Origin: Mesotaenium endlicherianum
Taxonomy: Eukaryota
NCBI GenBank assembly: GCA_009602735.1
Contig: WELA01000374.1
Span: 1 to 64,000 of the forward strand
Length of the DNA stretch: 64,000 nucleotides
Direction of reading: 5' to 3'
Below are positions 24,721-39,226 of this stretch, in pieces. The position numbers were made by a program, and so were the translations under genes. The first letter of the stretch is position 1, and each line of letters begins with the position of its first letter. The notes beneath the pieces are model-generated. The model saw nothing but the letters and a program-made list of their open reading frames with translations. It was not told the DNA's origin and did no database searches.

Positions 24721-27700
24721 TTAGTCGGAACGTATAGCTGTATTATTCAATCGCTCAAGGGCCAAGAGAAGTGCCTGCGTGCCAAGGTCTTCGTCACCAT
24801 GCGCCTTCAAAGAGACGTACAATTGTTGTGCCTGCAAGATGGAGGAAGAATTCACAAGATCGTAATGGAGGCATCAAAGCCGTGCACTGATCAACCTTTA
24901 GTGACAACGGGCGCATCTTGAGATTTCTCCCAAATACGAGGCACAACCCGATTGTTGCAAGCCTTTGTCCCCAAGAGCGTAAATGTCTGAAGAGACTGTA
25001 GATTCCAGCTTACGAGCGGAGGGACACAAAATCATACTAGCAGTTTCTTAACAGAGAAAAAAACCAAATGTGCACGAGTCACGGTACAAATACCTCTCAC
25101 GACACCCACTGGAACTTTTGAATGTACCACGATAAATATTTGCAACAAACGTGGCCGCCTATGGGTGGACGATTAAACATGGCGACCTGATATGTACTCA
25201 AAGATTAGCCCCATTGTAGACCTTGACACGGCAATTTGCGGAGCCTCCAAATGTTAATTAAAAGTGGGACCTTCATTACTATAGACTTCAGTGGCAACAA
25301 GAGAAGGCGAGGAGAGTTACCAGGGCCAGTCCTGGAAGGGAAAGGTTAAGGTCGCGGCACTCCTGCAGGGCTATCCCGAGGTCTTTCACAAAATGCTTCA
25401 CGTAGAAGCCTTCAAACAAACGCGGGGCGAGCACAAGAGAAGCCCACTCCACGTCAGTCAGTAGAGGAAGTCTGGACGAAATTGCCTTCACTGAAGTCTA
25501 TGAACGAAAATGGCTGCTTGGCGTGTTGATGCCATTCACAGTCTGACGATGCAAGGCGACGCTGCGTTCAATAGCCGCCGCAGAGTTGCACAGAAAATGG
25601 CAGCGTTGTGGTCTCAGCCGACGCTGACATCAACGTCTGACGTGGCGGCAACACGCGCAGAGCACCGCAAGGGGATGAGAGCGGGAGAACGGAACAATCG
25701 TTACAGTCTTGTCTCGACACCATGGCTAGTTCTTCACCCTGTGACAGATCATTGTCATGCATAAGGATGGAAGAGGAGACATTGGAGCCGGGTGCAGGAG
25801 CCCCCCGTCATTCCTTGACAGCCTTGTACCACCTGACTATAATGCCTATCTATGTTAGCGTGTGCGTGCGCGTGTTGTGTGTGTGTGTGTGTGCGTGCAT
25901 GTGAGTGTGTATGTGCGTGTGTGTTTTGTGTGAGTGTGTGAACAAGTTTGCGCGCCGCCACTCGCGCGTCGGTGCAAGGTTTGCATGTGTCTCTGTGTCT
26001 GTTTGTGCATGCGAGCCCATTCGTACGTGCCGTTGCAAAAGTAGGACTGCTCGTTCAATCCTGTCAAGAATACAGACAGTAAAGAAGACCGGAGAACAGC
26101 AGGCACTGCAGGGGGGAGGCTAAAGGGAACCAGGGAGGGGGTGAGGGAGGGAGCGACACCTGGCAGAAAGTCGCGCTGCAGCAGGCGGGGCGCGTAGAGG
26201 TCGAGGGACTTGGAGCCCGCTGCTCCGCCCGAGATGGCTCTCAGGTACCTGTGGGGCCTCATGGCCACACACGCACACACGCACAAAGACACACACACGC
26301 ACACACATATATATATATGCACGCAAGCACACACGCACACTCCCACACACACGCGCTCGCACATACACACACATACACGTGCACGCACACCCACGCACAC
26401 CCGCACAAATACGCGCGTGGACGCACATATACATGCGCACACACGTGTCATAAGAGAGAGGCCTGCAAGTGGCACGTGGAGGGGGCATGAGACTGACGCC
26501 AGTGGTGTCATGCATGCGGCTCTTGCGACAGCAGAAGCAGCTTCAGCAGCAGGAGGACGATGTGGAAGTGGAAGTGGAAGCAGAAGTGGCGACTGCGGTC
26601 ACACACGCCTGTTGTGCCTTCCCTTTTTCCACTCTCCTTGCTGGCAGCGGGATCGCAGCTGCAGCAGCCCCCTGTCCCCTGTCCCCTGTCCCGTGTCCCC
26701 AGCCCTCTGCCCACTTTCCAATCTTCCCCTCCCTTTTCGCGCGGCTGCTAGCTGCTAACCCGTTCTCCTCTTCCACGCTCAAAGGTGGCACCACCTCACC
26801 ACTCACCGCCTCTGTCTCAGCGCCCCTTTTCCTGCCATCTCATGTCCATGGAGAGGCAAAGGAGGAGAAAGAGGAGGCGGAGGGAGGACGAGAGGAGAAG
26901 GAAGCTGTCTACCCACAGACCCATGACAGAGGAGAGGAGGAGGAGGAGGAGGAAGGAGGGGCAGGGGCGTGCGTGCGTGCGTACGTGGGCACGTGCAGGC
27001 CGGCCTTGTGCGCGTACAGCATGCCCTCCACCATGCCCACCATGGTGCTGGCAATCGTCACCTGCTCCCCCCCTCCCCCCCAGCCCCACCCCCAGGCCCA
27101 GCACCCCTTGGTCAACGTCAGGTCAAGGGCAGCGCCCGTGCAGACCTCAGTAAGAGCGCGTGCACATGTGCACGAGGGCGTGCGCGTGTGTGCGTGCGTG
27201 TTCGCGCGTGCATGCATGTATATGCGTATGTGTGTGTGTGCACAATTGTGCTGGGATGTGGTAGCTAGCGCCCGCCCGCATGCCCACCCGCCTTACTGAC
27301 GAATTGACAGGGGGTGAGAGCACACAGCAGCACAGCTGGGAGCAAGAGGGAGAGGAAAATAGGAGCAGCCTGGCACGCTCCCTCCCTCCCTCCCTCCCTC
27401 TCCCATATCCCCCATATCCCCCACCCACCACTGCCCCTGCCTGTGCCTCTCCCCTGGCGCTGCTGTGATCACCGTAACTCACTCAGAGAGCTCATGCGGA
27501 GCGCACCGGCAGCGGCAGCGGCAGGAGACACGACAGGGGACGCTAAGGACGCGCCGTTTCCGAGCCCTACCACCGCCACAGCCATCGCCCGATTGAGACG
27601 CACTCATTCTGTTCAATGCACGTCGGGCTCCAGGGTTCGGCATTTGTGGTTTGGGGTTCTGGGGTTCTTGGGCACGCGATGCGATTGCAAGTGGCCTCTT

Positions 27701-30532
27701 TCTGGCGCACGCGCGGTCGAGAGGCGGAGAGGGAAGGTGCGGCCACTCTTGACCACGACGGACACGCACTGCTTCCGCGTGTGTCTTTGCGTGTGGTCTT
27801 GCTTGTCCGCAGCATCTCTCTCCCTCCTTTTGCTTTCTCTCCCTCCCAGCATCCATATGGAAAGGGCAGCCAGTCCCTCCCTCTCCTCCCCGTCACACCT
27901 CAGGACAGAGTGGCGGCGCACCACAGGCGCCAGCTGCCGCTTCTCAGCCGAGCGAGCACGCGTCATGCGCACGCGCTTGCACGCCCACGCGCACACCCAT
28001 CCGGCCCGCACACCCACCTGGTTGGCGAGCTTGCAGCTCTGGCCCGCCCCGGCAGGGCCCAGGTAGGTCGCGCTGCCCATGCAGCTGAAGAGCGGCGCGA
28101 GCGCTTGCACGATGTGCTCGTCGCCACCTGTCATGATGGCCAGCGTGGCGCCCTTGGCCCCCTTGTCGCCGCCTGACACCGGCGCGTCCACCGAATGGCA
28201 GCCCCTGCAGAGAGCAGACCGCCCGCAGCAGCAGCAGCAGCAGGAAAGAGAGGAGGAGAAGGACAAGAACAGGTGGAGGAGGAAGAAAACAAGGTGGAGG
28301 AGGATGAGGATTTCACTGGAATAACTATTACCAGGAGCAAACATCTTCGATACAACTGCTAAGAGTAACTGTGAGCGAGCTCTTGTCATGACGACGGGCA
28401 TGCTGCTGACATTTCCTGCCTGCGTGCATCTGCCTGCCTGCCTGCCACTCCTCAACACTCAGTTGGCAAATAGCGCTTCAACCGAGCAAGAGAAGCAAGT
28501 GCGGCAACTGTCGAGCCTCTTGCCCTCATCCTCTTTTCTCTTGCTCTCACGCGCGTGCACGCACCGTGTGCACACATACATGCAAGCGTGAGCATGCACC
28601 GCCCGTAGAGGCACCCAGAGAAAGCGTGTTGGGGGCGGAGGGGGTAAGGAACAAGCTCGGATACAAGCAACAGGAGAGAGAGAAAAGGGGGAGGGGGGGG
28701 GAATAGCCAGCGCGGAGGAGAATAAGCTTTCAGGAGAGAGAGCACGGCCCGCTGCAAGCTGCCCGCTGCCCGCTGCCTGCAGGTTGCAGCAGTCTGCAGG
28801 AGCCCTTGGGGCTTGCGGGTAACGAGAGGGTGGCAAAGAGCGCGCACTTGCTCTTGGCGGCCGCCGCGATCTCTCGCGCCAGCGCAGGCTCGCTCGTCGT
28901 CATGTCCACCACCTGCCCCCACCAGCATGCACGTGCCAGCCTGGCAGCAACGCTCAGAGGTCACCTGGCGCTGGCTCCGGCCCTCTCTAGTCTCCACTCC
29001 CCACCTACCCGCCCATCTGCGCACACCTGCCGCCATTTGAGCACACCCACAGACCTGGCTGCACCCGCCGCCTTAGTCTGGCGAAATGGGAAGAGGGAGC
29101 GCATGGCCCTAGCCCCCCCCCCGGGCAGTCTGGGACTGCATTCAAGATCAAGCGAGCATTCCACCCTAAACCCTGATTCGGAAAGAAATGAAACTCGGCA
29201 TCGGCAACCCTGAAGCAAAACCCGAAACCAAACCCCAGACGAAGACTCCAAAGGGCACAGACTTGGAATCCCAGACTCTGGGCCCAGGCTCTGAAAGCCC
29301 TGGCTGGACCGGCACCATCCCACCTGAGGGCCTGGAGATGGAAAATCCACAGGGAGTAGGCCCACTCGGCCCAGGCCGGGACGTGTTCACGATCAGGACT
29401 GGCCCGAGCTCAACGACAAAGCAGCTGGAGAACAGGAGCGTTACCATGGCAAGGACACCCGTGAGGGAGGAGAGGGGAGCAGAGGGCAAGCAGAGAGAGA
29501 GAGAGGGGGGGNNNNNNNNNNNNNNNNNNNNNNNNNNNNNNNNNNNNNNNNNNNNNNNNNNNNNNNNNNNNNNNNNNNNNNNNNNNNNNNNNNNNNNNNN
29601 NNNNNNNNNNNNNNNNNNNNNNNNNNNNNNNNNNNNNNNNNNNNNNNNNNNNNNNNNNNNNNNNNNNNNNNNNNNNNNNNNNNNNNNNNNNNNNNNNNNN
29701 GGGGGGGGAGGGAGCGCACCCAACGATAGTGAAGACGACGTCGCTTGCTCGCGCCACCTCAGCGGGAGACGCCAGCACTTGCGCGCCCTTCTGCCGCAGC
29801 GCGTCCGCCTTGCTGCTCTCCTCCGCCCGCCCGCCGCCCGCCCCTCAGCCAGTCAGGACCAACAATCGCACGCAGTAAGCCCAACGAGCGGATGTTGATG
29901 CCCTTTGACGGTCACAAATGCCTAAAGCATGCTCCTATCTCTGCTAGAAGTGCAGACATGGGCACAAGCGCGCGCACAAGCAGCCATGGAGTAACGCAGG
30001 CAGGCCTCGCTGCCCTCTCTTTTCCGGTTATGAGTTGAATGTGGAGAGTTGAGGAAAAAGGCGTCATGCGTGCAGAAGCGAGTGAGGGTCAAGCAGAAAC
30101 AGAGGCTCGCATGCACAGGCCGCTGCTTGCCCGCTTCTCTTCCCCGCGTTTGAGAGTTCAACTTTCACTCAATCTCATTTAGTTGGCGCACTACTCTTTC
30201 TCTCTCATTAGTGGCCAAAGGAAAATCCAGCAGCAGTGTATCACTTCAGAGGGGGAGAAAGAAAGAGAGAGGGAGCAGAAGAGATTGTGAGAGAGCGCAA
30301 GGGGAGAGGGATAAGGCGTGGGATGGGAAGGGATGGGGTGGGATGGGGGGAGGGTTGGACCAGCTACAGCAGCGGCAGCAGCTAGGGGAAAGCGCCCTCC
30401 CTCTCCCTTTTCTCCCCCCCTCCCGCCCTCTCCCTCCCTTCCTTCCTCCTGGCCCATCTTCCGTGAGCCTCGCCTGGGGTGCGCGCGCGCCTGCGTTTTT
30501 CTTACAGAATCTGGAGCCAGCCAAGCCGAGCA

Positions 30533-30564
<32 letters not shown>

Positions 30565-31704
30565 GTTGAGAGAGAGATGGATTGCTGACCTGGCGGTGCG
30601 GTTGAAGACGCTGAGGTAGTAGCCGGCTGCCTGCAAGTGGCCTGCCATCGCGCTCCCCATGACACCTGTCCCTACCCATCTGCCGCCAGCCACAGCACCA
30701 GTGCGACAGGTGTCAGCAGGGGCCCCTCTCATGTGTCCTTTTTAGTCGAGACGTTGGGGCCCCGTTCTCGCACGACCATTGCTGGCTCTCCGCAAAACAC
30801 TCGCATGATGGGAGGCGGTGCCGGTGCCACCTGGCAATCCCTGGCATCCTCCAAGTTTTTCACGTAGAAGACCTCTGCCGTCCCCTGACGTGGAAGCCAA
30901 AGTAAACGCTTTTAGGCTCGTCAACTCTCTCTTGCTCAATTTCCCCACTTGCTGTTCGACTAGACCCGTGCAGCTGTGAAAGGAGGCGTAGAGGGAGCAG
31001 GCAGCGCAGAGGTTGGGACTCGCATCGACAGCAGCAAGCAAGCATGGGTGGCTGTTCCGACACGCGGGACATCCCGCCACAACACTCGACTGCACGTGCC
31101 AAGGGGAAAAGACACCTAGCAAAACCCAGACCTCCCAACGAGCACCTTATGCGTTCAATAAAATATTCTTCCTTTTGAATCACAGGCACGAGTGGCTTGC
31201 AGAAAGTGTGTGGCTCCTGTGGGGGGCGGGGGGCACCCTCTTGCTCCGTCTGTAGCTATCGGCTGAAGGCCCATTCTTTCTGGATGAGAATGACAAGCTG
31301 CAGAAGCTTAGGAGGAGCCATGTTTACTATTGAAAGAGGGAAAAAAAAAAAAAAAAAAAAAAAACAACCGAAAAGCTGACGTACCCGATTCGTGTGACTC
31401 CCGGCTTGATGGTGGGAACGGCGGGCCGGGCTTCTGTCATGGTGGCACTCGATGAGGCAGTAGAAGCTGCCCGGGAACTGCGGGCACGCGGAGGAGCTTC
31501 AGCTGCCCGCACTGCAGAAGACAGTCTCTTGCCGGCCGGTTTTTCCCCCTCCGCCAAATTTGCCTGGGATCTTACGACAAAATGAAATCTTCTTGCGCGG
31601 CCTAAGTCTGGCCTTGCCAAAACCCACCCAGCCTGCTGGAATCTTCCAAGGAAAAGGTTTTCGCCTGCCCAAACACATGTCAGCGTCAGACATGGACCAA
31701 ACAT
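24721..31704 (-). CDS. Multi-exon 3-hydroxyisobutyrate dehydrogenase-like (beta-hydroxyacid / 6PGD NAD-binding family) gene with a possible organellar transit peptide
   Basis: Exon peptides [12 protein letters not shown] (Rossmann), [37 protein letters not shown]...[32 protein letters not shown]...[20 protein letters not shown]; last exon 24831-24721 [30 protein letters not shown]...stop. Start ATG uncertain (31440 or 31704). Confidence 0.9.
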
Positions 31705-34700
31705 CTTGAAGACAACAGATTACCTCCCAGCTTGAAGACAAGAACATGGAGTGAGTAAGAGCCGCCGGAGATTTGTGAGGGGAAGAGACGCGAGGGATGG
31801 AAGTAGAGCGAGTGAGGATCAGGAGCTTCAAGGCATGTGAGAGCATGATGACAAGGCATGGCGTGTGCAGGCTGCTTCCTTGCACCAAAGGACAAGCACT
31901 CAAAAGCTGACAGCCTGGACAGGGGGAAGCCATTCTTGTGAGTACTCTTCCCTATTGTCTACAGCGCCTCAGCAATGCATGAGCATCTCCCTGCACTTCA
32001 GACAGCAGCCAACTGACACAGGGGCAAGAGCAGCGCAATCTGGCAGCCCCAGGAGAGGGACATATGTCAAGCATGCTGAGCCTCGCACTTGGCAGCCTCA
32101 CCTCTCAGGATGCACATGAATATATTTTTTGATCGCCACGAATGTACTCAGCAGAAGAGGGAAACGCACGTTGGGCCCGGCAATAGCACTCCGTCCAACT
32201 TTTCTTGTTCCGGGGACCTTACAGATCACCTCACCTTCAAGCAACTCCGACACTGACTAGAACAGCAGACTGAAGAGAAACTCGACACGTCGGCATCAAG
32301 TCTGTACGACGTGATGCTATGGCAATCATGTTTCTGATGTTTTGAAGGTATCGAGGAATGTCGATTACAGTGAACGAATTGCACACCCCGTGGAGTACTA
32401 TGCACATGACAGCTGTCAATCGCAAGAGCACATTCCTTCTCGGGTATGAGATTTGAAGCCCATCTGAAGCTCATTGGACTTCTCTCAACGATATGCTTCC
32501 CCTCACTGAGTCATTCTCCTTGTTGCAGTGCTGACCGTTCCCAACATTCATCACTGCTGACTGTGGACTGTACTATTTGCCGCAAGTCATTAAAAGAAGC
32601 AAAATATGTTGCATATTTAAATATAAAAACGCTTAGAAGCTCAGTCTCCGATGACACCTGGCCCTTGATTCTGCTGATTAGGTCTATAAAAGTGAGACTG
32701 TGCTCCCTACAATACATATAAATGGACACGCTAACATAAGTCGTCCGTAGTAACTTCATTCTAGACGTCCTCAGGTTGCACCCATTGAAAACGCAGCTCG
32801 GCGCTACATATTTACTTATTGACGAGACCCCATGTGGTAAATGATACACCTTGAGCTAAGCACAGAGAACGAAATTACTTCAGAATGTATACACATGATC
32901 AATGTGTATAAGTACTTGTCAATGCACACTGAGGATAGGTTTGCGAGACAAACTTCATCATAATGTGGACACTTTCAATAGACCGCAACCTTTGCAGCAA
33001 ATGCAGCATTATAGCACTGCTGGCCCTTTTATGCTAGTAATTTTATGTCCTTGAATTTCACAATCCAATGAATTACCAGTCACCCTGGCCCAGCAGAGCA
33101 TGTTTTGAGACGCCCGGCTTTTCTGCGGACGTCCGATCCCTGTGTCAAAGGGCCAACAAGAGACACTTTCAGAAAAGGGCTGAAAGAACTCTTTACCTCA
33201 GGAGTTTGGAACGGAGGTTGGAATTGAGATGGACTTGACTCAAAATATAGGCGACCGTGCATATAGGAGACATGCCCATGTACTGGAGACGTGCAACTTG
33301 GTGAGAGGAGACCTGGAGTGACGCAAGGTCACAACTTCGTCGTGATGTGCGTACCACTTACTAAGGGCCGGTTCAGAGTGGGCACTCACGACGAAGTTCT
33401 ATTCCGCTCATCGCGCTATTCCGGTTATGGCGCTATTATGAAACTCAATAGTAAAAAAACTTTTCCAATTGCAAAAGCAACGAAATTTCAGCTTTTTGTT
33501 TATAGTGAGCAACGTCCCTACTATTCCCATCGACCGTCAAATTCCTCTATTACAAGCGTCGCGATTTGCATTCCCTTTCTTTAGCGGGGGGATAGGTCAC
33601 ACCCAGGCAAGTGTTTCAAATTTGGCGACAAATTACACGACGGAGTACAGTAGAAGGGCTTGACGAGTCGATTTTGACGGGTACGCCAAGGTACTTGGCA
33701 CGACCGATGACTCCGGGATAGTAAGGTAGGAGGTGGGTGTCGATTCCCGAAAACGCTATTGACCTCTCGAGCACAATTGAGTTCTGAACTATGCTGTTCA
33801 CTTTTCGTCAAAATCCAATTTTAAGCGTCGAATAACTGGATAGCAAGCAGCCCGCCAAAATGCACTGTAAACCACAAAACGTGTCCGTTTTTTCAACAGT
33901 AAGGACGCGTTGTACAGCCCGGGTACACTCGGGTACAGTCGAATCGGATAGTAACGCTGATTTGTGCCCACTCTCTAAACAGGCCCTAACATCGTGCTTT
34001 TCCTTTTGGCGTACCACTTCAGAATCTGTTTGCGCTCTCTTTCCATGCCTTGTACCCCCTGCCGTCTCTTTGGATGTAACTTCGTCGTCTCGATCTTCAA
34101 CTTCTGAGCGTGCCTGACGGCTTCTTTCACGCCTGGTTGTCTCTCGTCACGCGTTTCACTTTAAAAAATCCAAGGCCGTTTTCGGCTCCGGAAATCGTTT
34201 TCGGAAATGTACCACTTCCGTAAAAGGGATTCCGGATAATGTGTTTCATAGTGGAACCACTCATGATCTTTAGATTTAACAAGTGTGTCAAATTGAAGTT
34301 TTAAGAGTGCATAAATGTCAAACATTTTTATCTTAATGCAGAGGCAAATGTATAACCTCTAAGCTCTGTAGATGAAGCAGTCCCTCTCGAGAACTCTCCA
34401 AGAAAGGTTTACAGAATTTTTTTCACTCTACATAAGCAGCAGAGCAAGAGGACAGACTCATTGCAGTGCATTTACATAATGCTGCTAGAGTTCACGCGTC
34501 TCTACCCCTCTCATATGCCATATTTATGCTCGGGTAGTTCAGCACATAGTAGCCCAGAATAACCACCTTCGTGCTCGTCTCCAAGCCCTAGCAATGGCTA
34601 ATACTACTCAGAACACTAACACTCCCGCGACGGGCGTGGAGGGAGTCATTTGAGAGGTGCCTGCTACCAACCAGACCCTCTCCACTCAATCTATCCTAGC

Positions 34701-37229
34701 TATTAGGTCTCAGTCTGAGAACTGGCGAGTCCTCTGATATGGGTGCTCGGCAAGCTCTCTTTGAGAAGTGGCTCCAGGAGCGCCTGGCTTCATCAGCAGC
34801 AGAAGAAATGGTGAAAAGCTCCTGCTCCTCCTGCCCCCAGTGCTCCCACCCTGGCTTTAGTGACCCAGCAGTTGGGCCAGCTTCAGAACATGATCACTAC
34901 TTTGGCGGAAGACAAATCATGTAAGGCGGCTAACAATGACAAGTGGGTCCAGCAAGTCAAGAGGATGAAGATTAAGCAAGATTTGGTTGGTGACCACAAG
35001 CTTTCTGAGGTGAATCGTCTCCATGTGAAGACCTGCTCACATATGGTGGTTCTTATTGACAACACGCAGATTGCCTTGGAGAAAAATGATATTCAGGAGG
35101 CCAAGAAGTTGTTGGCAGAAGGTTTGTCTTCATTTGTTGCACCGAGCTCGCCAGATTAATACTGCTGACCTGCATGGATGGAATGTTGTGCTAAAGATGG
35201 CCAGAAATATAACTCTCAACAAGCAGGATAACGAGTAGGACACCAAGCTCTCCCAGGTCTTGATTAAGAGAAAGAGAGCTGAGAATCTCACCCTGAAAGT
35301 TAAGATTGAAAGTCCTCCTGCTGCTAACAAGCCTATTCTCCAGTCTGTCGAGGACAGCTGGATCTGCTATGCTTGTAACGAGCATGGTCATCTTTCCACA
35401 AGGTGTTCTTACAACAGGCTCATGTACCAGCCTACCCAATTTATTCAGCAAGGCCAGCCTCTACAGTACAACCAATCCACTCAGCATTTCAACAATCCAT
35501 ACAACAACAACCATAATGACCCTCCTATAGTCAATCAGCAACCCCCACCTCCTCAGATGCAGCAGAGGCGGCAGAACCATCCCAATGGAAATAATTGAGG
35601 AAATCAGAGGCAGTAGATTGCAATTGGTCAATGAAGTCTTTGTAATCAAGTCTTTAATAAAGTTGGCTGAGACCTATTATGGATTATTTAATTTCTTCAT
35701 TGATTTCCAGTAATCTCACTTTGCAAGTCTAAGTCTATCAAACAAGTATGTGTGTGTTCAGATAATCAACACTCTTGTCTGAGTCAATCAGACTGAATCA
35801 GATTGAATAGCTGGGTCAATCCACCTGATTTGAGAGCTTGCAAGTTTGCTTGAAGCTTTGCTTAATGCATTTCATTGGCGTTATGTGTTCTGTTGTGCTT
35901 CAGAAGCATTTGATACGGATGAGCTTAGGCTCCTCACTCCGTTAGGCAAAAGAGAAGAAGTCTGCAATATTTGCCTCCTATGGAGATAGCTGGCCTGGCT
36001 AGAAGGATGTCTCAAAGAGTTGCTTGGTGGAAATCTTGGTGTAAGAGTAGTTTTGTACTCACTGTTATTGGCAATGGGTACAGACTGTACTCTATGTTAT
36101 TGGCAATGGGTACAGACTGGAGTGGGAGGAGTCTTTCCCTCTACCTCTTTAAGGAGAATTACAGCTCTACTGACAAACATATTGCATTCGCAAGAGAAGT
36201 TGTGGAGGAATTGGTTGTCACAGGAGCTGCCAAGAGATGGACAGAAGCGGATCCTCCTCTCTGCATCAGCCCTCTCCATGTAGTTGAAGGCAAGAATCCT
36301 AGGCTTATCCTTGACCTTCGCATTGTCAATAAAGCTTTGCAAATTGTGCACTTCAAATATGAAGGATTGTTTAAGCTAGGAAATGTCTTAGAAAAGAATG
36401 CTATATGTTCTCCATAGATTTTTGAAATGAATCGACTTACCAAATAGGCGATTAACAATTAATAAAGATCTTTATATCAACAAGTAATCTTTATGGTATT
36501 TTTCGTTAACTGGTTTAACGGCAGAGGACAACACACTAGCAGTGAATAATACTCGTCAGTCAAATGAGAGTGAACTAGCATCAATAATGCAAATCAGTAA
36601 ACTCATACATAAGCAAGGTTAGAAGACAGTGCGTATCAATGGCTTCTCGCCCTTGGATTCAGATCTCTCTCAGTAAGCTGTACAAGAGAGTTGGCCTTGT
36701 TTCCGAATGCCGAACTCGAGAGCAATGCTTAGCGTATGTACATGGAATGAGTTTACTGTTCAACGGTCAGTGCGATGGCACCGCCTACCCGGGAGTTAAC
36801 CACGTTGGTAGGACCTCGGTTAACCAAATCCACCGCCATCTCCCATCATCCCGAATCGCCATCCATCATAGGGATGTCATCTGGCCATTCATCTAGCATA
36901 CCACACTTAGATGCATATCGAGGCAGTTCGCTGCTACCGAGTACGGAAGTCAGCTGGCTGTCAAAGAATGTGTCAGCAAGCTGACTTAAGGTGACCTCAG
37001 CCTGCCACTTCCGGCCAAGTCATTAAATTTATATTAAGTATAAAGTCCAGCAGACTGATTGTTAACTAAAGTTCAGCAGGCTGAACTTATTTAACTGTTA
37101 TATTTAAATGAATATTATATCAACCAGTATACTGATTCATTACAATCCCTCCAACTTATCATGTTGTCGCCTCGACAACACTATCACTAATAACAGCGTG
37201 CTGTCCCTCTTAACCTCAGCCTGCTGCTT

Positions 37230-38902
37230 TTACGAGGGAGATGTCCCTGAGGTCCTATACTCAGGGGAGCCAGACCTCCTCCTGTCTTGGGTTCTTCTGA
37301 AGCCTGTCAGAGAAGGGGATTCCGTGTAAGGACCCGGCGGAGAACGCAGTAACTGAGCTGTTTCCTCCTGCACAGTTTGCAACTGAAGGGAGGCAGCCTT
37401 CTCCTGGGCAGCCCTCAAACTGACCGGTACGTATACCGGCATCCCAGAAGGATGTTGCATGACATGAGCCAAGGGTACATGCCCTCTCTGCGAGGGAGAT
37501 GCTGGCAGGCCTCTGGCTATCTCCCGAGCAGCCCTCCTGTCTGCCCTGTCTGACTGGGTCTCCTTGCCCGGAGATGGGCTCTGTCCTCTGGCAGTCCCCA
37601 GCCAAGTGATATCCTCCTCTTGAGCGAGTTGCGGCGGGGCCCACCCCGTCTTCTCCCTTACAGGGGATGTGGCAGGTGTCAGGATCACGGCGAAGCTAGT
37701 GTCCTCCTCCTCGCCTTCCTCCTCGTCTTCCTCCGACTCCTCCTCCTCGCCGTCTCCGGGTTCCTCTAAGACTTCTGGGGTCTCTTCTGTCCGCTGCTCC
37801 AGCTCTTCCCGAGAAAAAGAATATCCTACTGACCTTCCCCTTTTGGGTGCTGGTGGGGGCTGCTGAGTCCGAACCGCATAGAGGTCCTTTTCCCCCTGCT
37901 TACTTGCCCATTTGGCATAAGCGTGCTTCCCTTTGGAGAATGACTCTCGGGCCCTGCTTCTGTCCCCCTGCATCTCTTGGCTCATGCAGTCTCTGACTCC
38001 ATCCAATCTTGGGTCCCAAGCCGCAATGTGAGGGGGCAATACTATGTTCCCCTTTAGGTCTGTCAAGAAATCCTCATCCGTCGCCCTGTCATTCTGCTGG
38101 TCCCTCATGTTGATGGTCATCCACCGCCAATCAGTGGGCTTTTGGAAGAAGGCCGCGTCTGTCTTTTTAAGAGTACAAGGGTACCAGTGCCCTGCAAAGT
38201 CCAGCTGACTGGTTTCTCTGGCCCAGAATTTCCAGCTCCTCCTCTCCACCTCATTGTACATGGCCTTGAACCTGTTGTGGGGTGTTGAGTCCTTGAAGCT
38301 ATCCGCGTCCATGGGATCATCCTGATGACCCTATCTGTCCCCCAGATACCTGGAATCGAGACAGCTCCTGCTTCGTTCACCTGGGCCATTGCCTTGGCCT
38401 CTCCGATGGTATATCCTACCATCCTGGCGTAATCGTGGTAGAGGAGGAGCCCTGTGCCGACCTCTATATACTTGTCAAAGTTTTCGGATGTCTCCCCTTC
38501 CTTCTGGAGGATTTCCTTCTGCGACTCACTGCGACTCCTCTGGGCATACTTGAAGGCCTCCTCCAGTAGATGAAAGCCCTTGCCCAGCACCGTGTAGCGG
38601 TAGCTGCTGATTCTCCTCTGTTCTTCTTCTTCAGCCTGCTGCTTCCGCTTCTCCTCAGCTTGTCTCTCCTCCTCTGCTNCCGCTTTCTTGGCCTCCTGCG
38701 CAGCTTTTCTATCCATTTCTTCCTGCCTCAATCTGGCCTGTTCCTCCTCCTCCTTCTTCTTCTGTGCCTCCCGCTGTTGTTGGAGTCGTTGTGATTCCCG
38801 AGCGGAGATGGAAGATGATTCGATGTCTACACGGAACTGCAAGTATTCTGCATGTGCCTCTTCCGCCCTTCTCTTCCTCTTGAGCTCCGACTTTTGAGTC
38901 AT
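37230..38902 (-). pseudogene. ORF3 type a of copy 2, frameshifted near 38314
   Basis: ORFs 38117-38911 and 37230-38312 together match the 318-1985 protein almost residue for residue. Confidence 0.88.
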
Positions 38903-39226
38903 CCTGCTCAATCATAAACACAATGCAGTTAGTGAAGTCGTGATATTTTGCCGCTACTGAGTGCCTTTGATGAAGAGGAACGCGATCGGGAGAGTTCCTA
39001 NAGTGGAAAACCTGGTGTGAGCGAATATAATGAAAAATTGAGTTGGAGAGCAAGTGAGTGTGAGCGCAGGTTGAGTGGGTAATATGGTGATCAGAGAATA
39101 CCATTCCCTCCAACTTAAATTTAAAGGTGGGCTGCCTGTCACAACTGTCACTAACTGTCACATCTCCCTCCAACTTATATGGAGACAGGACCTCCTGTCA
39201 CCTTCCCGTGTCAACTGAAATGACTG

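Noticed and set aside
29160..29240. CCCTAAACCCTG / AAACCC motifs resembling plant telomere repeats
   Set aside because: Only one proper unit amid degenerate sequence; insufficient for an interstitial telomeric repeat call.
11548..31255. Numerous overlapping ORFs rich in ER/SL/HT/CV repeats
   Set aside because: Translations of intronic microsatellites and N gaps; only segments matching GT90 or dehydrogenase motifs were accepted.
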